Shown here: positions 52,132 through 62,793 of the stretch, in pieces
Layout: every line of letters begins with the position of its first letter
How positions within the stretch are numbered: position 1 is the stretch's first letter
DNA from: Raillietiella orientalis
Taxonomy: Eukaryota
Length of the DNA: 64,000 bases
Direction of reading: 5' to 3'
Assembly (NCBI GenBank): GCA_036172245.1
Contig: JAYWIR010000013.1
Location: 2,418,001-2,482,000, forward strand
Position numbers and translations under genes: made by a program
The notes under the pieces: model-generated
What the model was told of the DNA's origin: nothing
What the model saw: only the letters and a program-made list of their open reading frames with translations
Databases searched by the model: none

Positions 52132-55017
52132 AGCGAGATTCCGGAGGGTGACGCCTCTCAGGAATTGGCGGTGTTCTTTCGCACCTGAGAGTCGCGTCCA
52201 GTCTCCAGGCAGCCGCCAGGCCCTGGAAAGGGGATCCTTGTCGCGCGCGCATACCTCGATAATTAGCCGGGAATGGTCCGACAGCGTCGACGCAACTCTC
52301 CCCCGATTGCCGACCCGTGGACACAGGTCAGCATCCAGGAAAAAATGGTCGAAGCCTTTGGCCATTCCCGGGAGATCCCCCAACAAGTTGCGCGTGCGCA
52401 TGGCAACGCACAACTCGTTGGCCGTCCGCTCCTGTGCGTGAACATCATCTGAGAGCAGGCTCAGGTTGAAATCGCCAGCAATCAGGTAAGCCCTGCGCAC
52501 GTTCGCTTCCACCAGCCAGTCGCGCTTCAGGGTTTCCAGAAACGCCGCACGTTCCTGGTACCTGGCAGGACCGCTCGGGGCGTACACGTTGGTTACGACG
52601 AGGTCAATAGCGTCGGACCACCTGAGAATCAGCTGGCCGACACGACCGGCTTCGTCGAAGCGCACGCCCTTCACGGCTGCGTCGACTGCCGGCTTCATAA
52701 AAAACGCGACGCCGCAGGTGTATCGGGTGCCGCATTGCCACATCAGCCGTCCCCCTGCGATCCTTTCGATCTCCTGGGCGTTCTCCGCGGTGATCACGTG
52801 GATCTCCTGCAGGAGTGCCAGATCGAAGTCACGCAGGGTGGCGGCCGTGTCCCGTCTGTTGCTGTCGTCGCGCAGCCCGTTCACGTTCCAGCAGGCCACG
52901 CGTAATCGACGGCGACAGGCGAGCCCAGGTGTTACTCCTGGGAAAGTGGCAATGGGGCGCCCGCCACCTGGTCGGGCGGGACGGATGGAGGAACGGGATC
53001 ACCGCGCACCGGTTCTCCCTCCTCCATGGGGGCCGATTCGTCGGCTGCGTTGGACGGCAGGGGGGAGCGGTTGTCAGCTGTCTGCTCCGCCTCCTCCATG
53101 GCTATCTCTTGGACAGGTTCCACCGTTGGGAGGGGGCGGCAATCACTCACTTTATCCCCCTCCTCCATGGGGGTCTCCGGTTGCTCGGTAGCGGAGGGTG
53201 GGAAAATCCCTCCCTCCGTTCCCACGCTGCCGGCTTCCCCCTCGGATGCCGGTGCGTCCCCCTCCTTCTTTGTCGGGATGCGCCTCTTGGGATTCTTGGA
53301 CTTCCGTCCAGTCTTCTTCGGAGGAGCCTCCGCGGAGGAGGACGCACTTCCGTCATCCGGGTCGTGGTCACCTGTCGGAGGTGCCTTGCCTGCGGCCGGC
53401 CTTCAGAAGGCCTTTCGCGCGCCGTTCTCACGCTCCGCGAGTTCGGCCGCGAGCTCTTCTGCCGCCTGTTGGAAGGCGTCGTCGTCGATTGCGGCGAGTG
53501 CGTCGCTCGGCTCCCCCTCTGTTTGCACAGAGGGTTCGCCTTCCGAGGTCGCGACTTCGTCGTCAACGAGGCGAGGGATATCTCCCCCTGTGGCGGTCTC
53601 GGGGACCTCCACACGCTCCAAAGCGACCGAACATTCGCGGAGCAACGCGCGGCGTTGTCTCCTATTTAAAGGAGATGTCGCGGGTTCCGCTGTCGGATCT
53701 TCGGTCTTCTTGCTCTTTTTACATTTAGGCTTCGCCTTATGCCAGCCCTCGCTCTCTCCAGTGTCGTTAAGAGTATCCTCGACCGGCGCTTGCTGCACGG
53801 GTTCGGGTTCTGGCTGTGGGTTCCGCCTCTCGGGTGCCTCCTTGGGCTTGTCCGGTGGCCCCGCGCGTTTCCCTTTGGCTTTTTTCAAAGCAGGGGGAGC
53901 CGGGGTTTCGCGTTTAGGACACACCTTCCGCAGGTGGCCCTTTTCGCCGCAGTGGAAACACTGGATGTGGGGCATCGTATTTTGACGTGCCCTGTTGCAT
54001 CACAGTGTCCACAGTACTTGGGCTTATCCACGTACCAGACGTCGACGACCTCGTTGCCGACGTCTAGTTTGTGGGGCAGCCCATTGTTTTCCTTGACGGT
54101 CACACGCGCTGCGGCCATGCCACTGAACAGTCTTCCGTAACTTTGGAAGATGTTCGGCTTGGTCCATACCGCGTGTACCGTACCGTATTTGCTTAATTCC
54201 TTCTTCACGCCGGCTTTTGACATGCGGAGGAATACTCCCGTAAGATGCGCTACCACAGAGCGATCCTCGGTTACAGGGAAGACCTTTCTGCCTTCCAGCA
54301 TGAGAGGGGTATTCAGCAGGCGTTGAGCCAGGCTTGCATCTCTGAAAGTAAGCTCCACCCGCTGGCCCCCACTGAGCACTGAAAGGCCTTCCAGTTCCTC
54401 CTCTTTTACTTCTAACAGCTGCAATTCCCTCTCGAAATTGCGGGCGTTGTTTCCAACGAACAGGTTTCCTACCTTGTAAATCAAGGACGGCTTGTATCCT
54501 TGTTCCAGGTAGGCCCGCAGTTCTGCTAAGGCTGCAGGAGATGGCGCTGCAGCCACGGAGCTCCAGGTCTTCGTGGATGGAGCAGACGGATCCAAGGACG
54601 CGGTTGCCCCCTTTTTCAAGGGGGCGGTTGCGGCCTTTTGCACGAGAGGGGTTGCTCCCTTTTCCAAGGAGGCGGCAGCACTCGTTTCCGGAGGGGCGGT
54701 TGCCCCCTTTTCCAAGGGGGCGGTTGCGGCCTTTTGCACGAGAGGGGTTGCTCCCTTTTTCAAGGAGGCGGCAGCACTCGTTTCCGGAGGGGCGGTTGCC
54801 CCCTTTTCCAAGGGGGCGGTTGCCCTCTTCTCCGTGGAAGCGGTTGCCCCCACCTCTGTGGGTTGGGGAGAGGAACCATCCTCTCCCCCGCCAACTTCCA
54901 TCGCGGTGAACTCAGGCATTCCTGCCATGGGACACCGGCGATGCACCACGCACTAACACACTAAAAAAGGCTTCGAAAACTCTCACGGCAGGAGCACAGA
55001 AAAAACACGACCGCACG
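52132..55017 (-). mobile_element. Tx1-like 5' half: 5' UTR, frameshifted ORF1, endonuclease up to TLRNLA
   Basis: 5' motif at 54991-55012; CGHCDATGHVKIRC and CFHCGEKGHLRKVC; ACWNVNG, LQEIH, NVYAP, GDFN, FDH, SDH. Confidence 0.92.
54600..54850 (-). repeat. In-frame 96-bp higher-order repeat (4 x 24-bp subunits) in the ORF1 N-terminus
   Basis: The unit restarts at 54600, 54696 and 54792 and encodes KGATAPPETSAAASLEKGATPLVQKAATAPLE-like repeats. Confidence 0.88.
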
Positions 55018-55656
55018 CTCCCTTTACGCCAGGGCGCCCCCGCATCAAGACGCCTCTCGGCGCTTGCTTCCGGTTGGTGCTTCGGCAATAAAGGAGGAGG
55101 AGAAGTTAAGCCTCGACGAGCCTTTTACCACCGGCGAAATTCTCGCCTGTATCAAAAGGCTCAAGAGGCGTAAAGCTCCAGGGGAAGACGGCTTGCCTGC
55201 AGAGTTCTTTCAGAGCTTGGCTTAAGATCTGGAACCCCTGCTGCTCCAGTTGATAAGGCTGATCCGAGACGAAGGCGATGTTCCCGCCTCTTGTCGGTCA
55301 GCCAGAGTGAGGCTCCTTCCGAAAGGGGGAGACCTCAGGGATCTGACCTCAGAGAACTGGCGTCCGATCACGATCGTGAATACGGACGCCAAGTTATTAG
55401 CAGGGCTATGGGCTTCGCGTCTGGGGCAGGTGGCAGAATCCGTAATTAGCCCGGAGCAGACTTATGCTGTTCCCGGGCGAAGTATGGATGCCAACCTCTT
55501 CTTCGCAAGCACATGGATGCACCTGCAGAGATGGGAAAAGAAAGGAAGGAAGAAAATCGGCAACCCCACATTGGGGCCGCCAGCCGGGCAGGGAAGGGAC
55601 ACCCGGGCGGGGAAGGGGACCCTAGCTCTCGCAGTCGATCTCCACAAGGCGTTCGA
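55018..55656 (+). mobile_element. Tx1-like ORF2 fragment (SLYARAPP to KAFD), interrupted at KAFD
   Basis: SLYARAPP...KAPGEDGLPAEF...LPKGGDLRD...WRPITIVNTDAKL...LAVDLHKAFD. Confidence 0.9.
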
Positions 55657-56072
55657 TTTTCACCCGGATTTCGCCGGGGCGTTTATTGTTCAATAAACAT
55701 TTGCAAAGACGTGCAGTGGCTGGACCATTGCTACAGCCACGCACGAAGAAACACAGATCCTGCCGGGTCACCGGTTCGCGGACCGGTACGGTCTACCACG
55801 GCAGCAGGGGGAAGGAAGAAAAACAAAAAACAAAACAAAAAAAGAAAAGAAAAGGTGGGAGGGTGCGGGAAGGGATCACTGTAGCTGTTGGGGCCGTTGC
55901 ATCCTTTGCAGGATGTCGGCAAGCTCCTTCTGTATTGCTGGATCCAGGTGGGGCCATCTCGACGCTCTCCTCAGGAACTGGGAGGTTGGCTGGATGCTAC
56001 CCTGGTCGCGTCGTCCTGGTTAGCCTTGCTCCAGGCGGTGACGATCGCGCGTAGGCAGCAGAAACCTGCTAA
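55657..56072 (-). mobile_element. 3' end of the KAFD-targeting family
   Basis: Family UTR and terminus; joined head-to-head to the next copy through an acg overlap at about 56072. Confidence 0.88.
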
Positions 56073-57560
56073 CGTTCGCGGCTCCTCTCCTCCGCCCCTG
56101 CTTTTTGTTTGCCCCCCCACAGAGAGAATTAAAAAGCGGACAAAGGACCTCCACCGTATCGCCCTTTGGGGCAACGGGAGGGCCCGAGTCCGCTTAAAGG
56201 ACTTGTGCGCTCCTCGTCGGGACGGTGGTGTGAGCCTCCTGACGCTGGAGCGGCTGGAGCTTCAGCTCCAGTTCCGATTGTCGGCACTCGTTCCAGAGTT
56301 GTGGTGCAAGTGTTGGTGCGTCCCTGCACGTCTCCTTCTCCAGCAAGCCACCGGCAAGACGGGACTGACGTCGTTTCTTGCACTCCGTCGCCGCCTCAAC
56401 CGATGCGGACTCCAGCTACGGAGGGTGGCTGCGTTGTACCGGAAAAACCCAGGATTGGTCACCTGTCGCCCTTTGAACGGTAGTGCCTGGTTGCAGGAAA
56501 CCGTTCGAACGTGGGGAAAGTTCGGCATGCAACGCTCTCAACAGGAACGAAGGTTCCTGTTTGGGGGTTACAGAAGTTGCACGCTCCGCGAGATCCTGGA
56601 GGATCCAAAGAAGAGAGCATGGGCAGGAAGAACTCCCCTCGCTGCTGCGCTGCCCTCCCTGATGGAAGATCTGGACAGCGATGTTGCGGCCAAGTGGGAG
56701 GTTTCAGTTACAATCTCCGGAAAGGAGAAGAAGATAGGAGAGTGGAAGACGGGCCAGTTAACAGACGCTGCGTCCCCGAGTACGCCTCTCAATGGACTTC
56801 TGCGTTGAGGCGCGCTGCTCGATGTTCCCATTGAACATCTGAAGTGACCCTCGGTGCTCATGAACACTTCCGCCCTCCCCTTAAAATGGCGGGAGTCGGC
56901 TCTCCTGTTGCAGCACTGGGGACTCCCCTGCAGCGCCCGCCGACACCACTGGACCTGGGGAGCGGTGGACCCCAATTGCGTCAGGTGTGGGGAACGGGAG
57001 TCCCTCCCCCACCTGCTAGTGGATTGTGTTGCCCTTGGGCCCCTTTGGTTCCGCTTTGCCGCGGCCATCGGAATCCCCTGAGGCAACTGAGGGACGTACT
57101 GAAAGCCCTCTTCGTTTCCGACGCCCTTCGGCCAGCGGCCTCGTTAGCAGCTTTGTGCTGTCTACGCGGGATCGTCACCGCTTGGAGCAAGGCTACGGGA
57201 GGACAACGCGACCAGGGTGCCATCCAGCCAGCCTCCCAGTTCCTGAGGAGAGCGTCCCGATGGTTCCACCTGGATCCAGGAATACAGAAGGAGCTTGCCG
57301 GCATCCTGCAAAGGATGCAACGGCCCCACCAGCAACTGTGATCCCTTCCCTTACCCTCCCAGTTTTTTCTTTTCTTTTTTGTTTTGGTTTTTGTTTTTCC
57401 CCTTCCCCCTGCTGCCGTGGTGGACCGTACCGGTCTGCGAACCGGTGACCCGGCAGGCTCTGTGTTTCTTCGTGCGTGGCTTGAGCAATGGTCCAGCCAC
57501 TGCACGTCTTTGTAAATGTTTATTGTTGCAATAAACGCTCCGGCGAATTCCGGGTGAAAA
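56072..57560 (+). mobile_element. 5'-truncated copy of the KAFD-targeting family
   Basis: Nearly identical (inverted) to 43223-44710. The terminus ...gaattccgggtgaaaa abuts tcgaacgccttg. Confidence 0.92.
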
Positions 57561-60003
57561 TCGAACGCCTTGTGAAGATCGACCGCGACCGCCAAGGCAC
57601 CTGGCGTTCCCTCCTTGCGTCGGCGCCTGTTATTCTTGCCTGCGGCTGTGACTTTCGCAGCAGCCTGGCTTTGCTGCGCAACGACTTCCTGCAGCTGCAT
57701 CCATGTACGCGCGAAAACGATGTTCGCCTCCATGGATCGCCCCGGAACCGCGTAGGTTTGTTCCGGGCTCACCACAGATTCCGCGATACTTCCTAACCGC
57801 GCGACCCACAGCTTCGAAAACAACTTGACGTCCGAGTTCACCAAGGTGATCGGACGTCAGTTGTTAAGTTGGCGCAAGTCTCCTCCTTTCGGCAGGAGAC
57901 GCACCTTCGCTGAGCGGAAGGAATCCGGGACATTCCCGGATTCACTCATAAGCGTCGCGAGTCTTAGCATCAAGGGAATGAGCTCCACTGCAAAGCACTG
58001 ATAAAACTCTGCAGGGAGCTCATCCTTGCCTGGCTCCCTTCGTCTCTTCAGCCCAGTGATGGCGGACGAAAATTCGTCCGCCGTGAAGGGCTCGTTGAGA
58101 CGTTCGCGTTCCTCCTCGCCGACAACACGAGCATCCTGAGACAGGAGTATCTCAGAGAGAATATCCTCCGTCGGGGATTCCGCGTACAGCAAGAAGTAGT
58201 AGCGTCTCACATTGCGGCGTACTTCGGCTGGGAATTCCCGGCATTACTGCTGGGAAGATTAAGATGTGGGGGAGCCCTCCTCTTGCGAGGCGGGCGGGAT
58301 GTCCATGGGGGTTTCGGCCTTCTCAGGCACCTGAGGCACCTGTTCGGCCTCCACCCCCTCGATCCTTTCCGTGTCCGCGCGTGGGAGTCTCTCGGGCGAC
58401 GGGTCCCGAGAGTTTCCCACGCTCATGGCACCCTCGCTTGCTTAAGCCATCTCTTCCCCTTCGACGGGGGAGACGAGCTTCCTTGGCTTTGTGGACTTAC
58501 GTCCAGCCTTCTTGCGCGGTGCTGTGGAAACGGAGGCCGCTCTTCCGGCCTCCACCTCGGGGTCGGAAGTGGGGGACTCCTGAGGGGAGGCCGGACGCCT
58601 TACGGCCTTCTTGCCAGTTTTGGAGGGTTCTGGCTGCAACGAGGCTGCCAGCTCCTCCGCGGCTTGCGCGAAGGCTACGTCATCGATGGTAGTGTCGATG
58701 ACGGACGCCGCCGCGGGCTCGCTCCCCTCGCTGTTGACAGAGTCAACAGAGAGGTGGTCGACGGTAGGGGCGAGTTCTTTTTCGCAGTGGTCGGGAATAC
58801 GCTCGACGACAACGCTGCATTCTATAATTTGCTCGCTTGCCTGCTGTTTTTTCTGGCGGTACGCGAGCTTTTTCTCCATCCTTCTCTCCTTCTTTGATTT
58901 TTTGGCTGTAGCCACCTGCCACCCAGGCTCCTGGCTAGTTCCCTCGACTTGTTCGGCGTTGTTCGCCGAGGTCTCGGGTGCGGCCTCGGTCTTGGGCGCG
59001 GCTGGCACAGCTTTCTACGCAGCTTTCTCCGCCAGCCTTTTCTGCAGAAGCCGGGCAGGTTTTTTATGGAATCTCTTGGAAACCACCCACACTGCTTCTT
59101 TAGGGCACACCTCCCTCGTGTGTCCCATGGTTCCGCATACTTGGCACTGCACATTGGGACACCTCTTTTTGAGGTGGCCCGACGTATTGATGAATGCACA
59201 GTATTTCGGCTTCCCCACATACCAGAGGTCGACGGTTTCGCCTTCGACCACCAGTTTGTGGAGAAGAGTGCAGCCCTCCCGAACGGTCACGCGCGCAGCA
59301 GTGACGCCGTGTTGCAGCCCCGTGTAATCCACGAAAGGATTAACTTTCGTCCACTGCGCGTGGACCGTTCCGTATTCCTCCAACGCGGCCCGAACCTGTT
59401 CCTTGCGCATCCGCGCGGTAACACCTAACAGGTGGACCATTATGCTGCGGTCCGCCGTAATAGGGAGGAGCCTGCGCGTCCTAATCACCACAGGGGTTTT
59501 AAGCAGTCGTTGGGCCAGCTCTGCTTGTTTGCAGATGACCTCAAAGTACTGACCCCCGCTTCGGATGGTCATAGCGCTGAGCTCCTCCTCTTTCACATCG
59601 AGAGCGCGCATGCCCTTCGATAAGGCGCGCGCGCTCTCTAAAGAATATAGATTGCCTACCTTGTAGAACAATGAGGGGTTGTACCCCTTTTCTACATAAG
59701 CCGACAATTCCGCCGCGGCTGCAGGCGATGGCGCCGACACAACGGCGCTCCACGCCCGCGATGCAGCGGGGACCGATTCTGTGGAGGAGGATGCCCCCAC
59801 CTCCATCGCCTCTGAGGGCGACGTTACCGCCGCCCCCAGGCTCTGCATCGCCTCTGGGGGCGGCGTTACCGCTGCCCATTGGCATCCCTGGTGGTCGAGT
59901 CAGGCATCGCTGCCTGATCGACCACCGAACCACACGACGCTTGCACTGGGGGAGACTTCCTGGCACGAGGAGCACCGAGAAAACACTTCCACCCTGGAGC
60001 ACG
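57561..60003 (-). mobile_element. Tx1-like 5' part: 5' UTR, frameshifted ORF1, endonuclease deleted, RT N-terminus to KAFD
   Basis: 5' motif at 59969-59990; ORF1 59848-58244 (CQVCGTMGHTREVC); TAATG at 58242-58246; jump to YFLLYAESP...LPKGGDLRQLNN*RPITLVNSDVK...AVDLHKAFD. Confidence 0.9.
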
Positions 60004-60072
60004 CAAGGCGTTCGACTGCGTAAATCAGGATCTTTTGCTGGAGCTCCTGGAACGCCTCGGTCTCCCGTTGCA
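60004..60072 (+). mobile_element. Downstream half of an RT KAFD target (KAFDCVNQDLLLELLERLGLP)
   Basis: caaggcgttcgactgcgtaaatcaggat; the first 12 bp equal 55645-55656. Confidence 0.85.
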
Positions 60073-61276
60073 CTTCGTGGATAGGGAGTTTTTCTTTCCT
60101 GGTGTTCCGTGTGTGTTTCGCGGCCGTTGACAGGCAGAAATGCCTGTGAACGCCGCAGTTTCAGGTGAGGGAGGCGGGAAGACCGCGTCTAACAAGCCAA
60201 AGGAGGTAGGATCACGCCCCACCACTTCTTCTGAACCCGCCACTACGGCGAGGGCCTGGAGCGCGGTGGCAGCGGCGGAAACGCCCGATGTCGCCGCCGA
60301 AATTTAATCCTACATCCAGGAGGGCTACAATCCGGCCCTCCTGTACAAGGTAGGCAATTTATATTCCCCGTTAAGGGCGCGAAAGTTCGGCAATGCCATC
60401 AAAAAAATGGGCATTGCCGACCATGAAATTCTTCGCCTCTCTATACGGAGCGGAGGGCAGTTGGCGGAGCTCATCTGCAAGGATGCAGCTCTTACACACA
60501 AGATGCTCTGCGCGCCCGTACAATTTGATGGCAGGAATTTACTCCCACACACTGTGGACCACTTCATTGTGGTCCACCTAACAGGGACAACAGTGCGGAT
60601 GGATGAGAACGCCATCCGCGCTGAACTCGAAAAATTCGCTAGCGTTTTCGCGATGTGGAGAAAGCCCAACACCTTCGGAGAGAACGGTGCATTCATTGGG
60701 CGAGTAGGCGCGCGCGTGACGCTTCGAGAAAGCGTACAGCTTCCCCACAAGCTTCAAATTGGCGACGAGTTCGTCGACATTTGGTTTGTGGGGAAACCTA
60801 AATTTTGTGGAAACTGTAAGTCGTTCGGGCATTTGAAAAAGCGGTGCCCGGACGCAGTTTGCCCAACGTGCGGCGCAAAGGGCCACACCAAAGTGGTGTG
60901 CCCGATGAACGTCGCACCAACGCCGGAACTTCCGCAAAAGAAGGAAGGGAAGGCAAAAATAGTGATAAACCCCACAAAAGGGGATCAGCCGTCGGCTCCG
61001 ACAAAAGTCGCGCAGCAGGAAAGGGACTCGGTACAGGAGCTCCCGGAAAAGACTGCCGACGAGGAAGGCTGGCAGCTGGTCACCCGTAAAGTAAAAATTG
61101 TTAAAAAAACCGCGCCCGCACCGGCGAAAGTGGTCAAGGGCAAGGGGAAGGTCGCGCCACGCCCAACAATCGAAGCGTGCAGCGTGGTCATCAAACGCGT
61201 GCCGGCGATCGATACTCGCTCCGCTGACGGATCGATGCGTTGTGACGTCACGCCAGCTGTTCAACCCGCCGCCTGA
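60073..61276 (+). mobile_element. Tx1-like 5' fragment (ORF1)
   Basis: AWSAVAA...GYNPALLYKVG...CGNCKSFGHLKKRC..CPTCGAKGHTKVVC; one internal stop at about 60305. Confidence 0.88.
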
Positions 61277-62793
61277 GAGGGTGGACGTGCTTTTGTGGTG
61301 CTCCGCGTTTTTCTCGCGAGTGTTTTCGGTGTTTTCAGCTGTGAGCGGTTGTTCCTGGGCAGAGATGCCCGAGGACGCCGCAAAGACGGCGGAGGGGGGC
61401 GAGCGAGCCTCGTCCCCCCAGCCCATGGATGTGGGGGCCATCTCCCCCACGGAATCGTCCCCCGCCCCGGCGAGGGCTTGGAGCGCGGTGGTGGCGGCGC
61501 CTGCGCCGCCCCCCGCAGAGGAACAGCGGGCCTATATGGCCGACGGCTACAACCCGGCCCTACTTTACAAGGTAGGTGGCCTGTACTCCCCCGCGGTGTT
61601 ACGATCGTTCGCCGCGGAGTTTAAAAAGTTGAAAGTCCCGGAGGACGAAGTCCTCGGGCTTTCGGTTAGGAGTGGCGGGCAGCTGGTTGAGCTGAACTGC
61701 AAATCTGCAGGGTTGGCTCAGCAGCTGCTCCGCCTGCCGGTGACCGTGAACGGGAGAAGGATCTTCCCGTTCACGGCGGACAACTCCATCGTGGTGCATT
61801 TGACCGGCATAACGATGCGCATGGCAAAGTGCGCCGTGCGAGAATCGTTAGAGAAGTTCGGGACCGTTCACGCGTTGTGGGCAAAACCCAATGTCCTGGG
61901 TTACACCAGGGCATTTAGTGGTTACGCCGCTGCGCGCGTGACGATACGTGCCGAGGGTGGGCTACCCCACAGACTGCAGGTCGGGGAGGAGGAGATCGAC
62001 CTGTGGTATGTGGGGAAACCCGTATACTGCGGCTTTTGCCAGGTGTCGGGGCATTTAAAAAAGAAATGCCCCAACATCGTGTGCTTGGGCTGTGGGGAGA
62101 AGGGGCACATCAGGCGGATGTGCCCCAACCGAAAAGGTCCGTTCCGTCAGGCGCGAGGAAGGAAGAGACGCCGAAGGAAAAGGACCGAAGCCAACAACTG
62201 GCAGAATCCCGCCCTGCCGACCAACCCGCTACTCAGGCATCCACCAGCGAACAACCAGCTGGAGAAAGCGCCGAGAACGAGGAAGGTTGGCAGGTGAAAA
62301 GGGGAAGAAGCCCCCAGAAGAAGGGAGGCAAAGAAGACCGTGGGCGGGCCAGAAGAACCGATGTGGCTGACGAGGACCCGACGCGTCACCGTGCCGGGCA
62401 AGAGCAACGGTGATCGTGCGTCGATTCTGGTCGTCGTCGCCACTGGTGATCACCGTGGTGACATTGTGTTCGCCATTGCCAGAAGGACGTCTGCGCGCCG
62501 ATCGATGAAGCCGCCCCTGTCGCGCCTGCGCAAAGCGTCGGTGCGGAAAGCGAGGAGGCGGCGCGCATAACGGACGCGACCTTCGCGCAGGCCGCGGAAG
62601 AGCTGGCAACCATGTTACGGCAGTCTGCCAAGGCCGAGAAGAAGGCCTTGAGACGACCGGCAACGGTGAAGGGCCCGGAAAATTCCGAGTCCGAAACCGA
62701 AGCCGGTCATTCTCACAACCGTGCCGAAGAGGAAGGCTGGCAAGAAGACCGGTTGCCCGAGACAACCACGTTTACTCGTCAAGGGCTTCGGCG
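61277..62793 (+). mobile_element. Tx1-like 5' fragment (5' UTR + ORF1)
   Basis: 5' motif at 61283; MPEDAAK...GYNPALLYKVGG...CGFCQVSGHLKKKC..CLGCGEKGHIRRMC; frameshift at about 62135. Confidence 0.9.
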
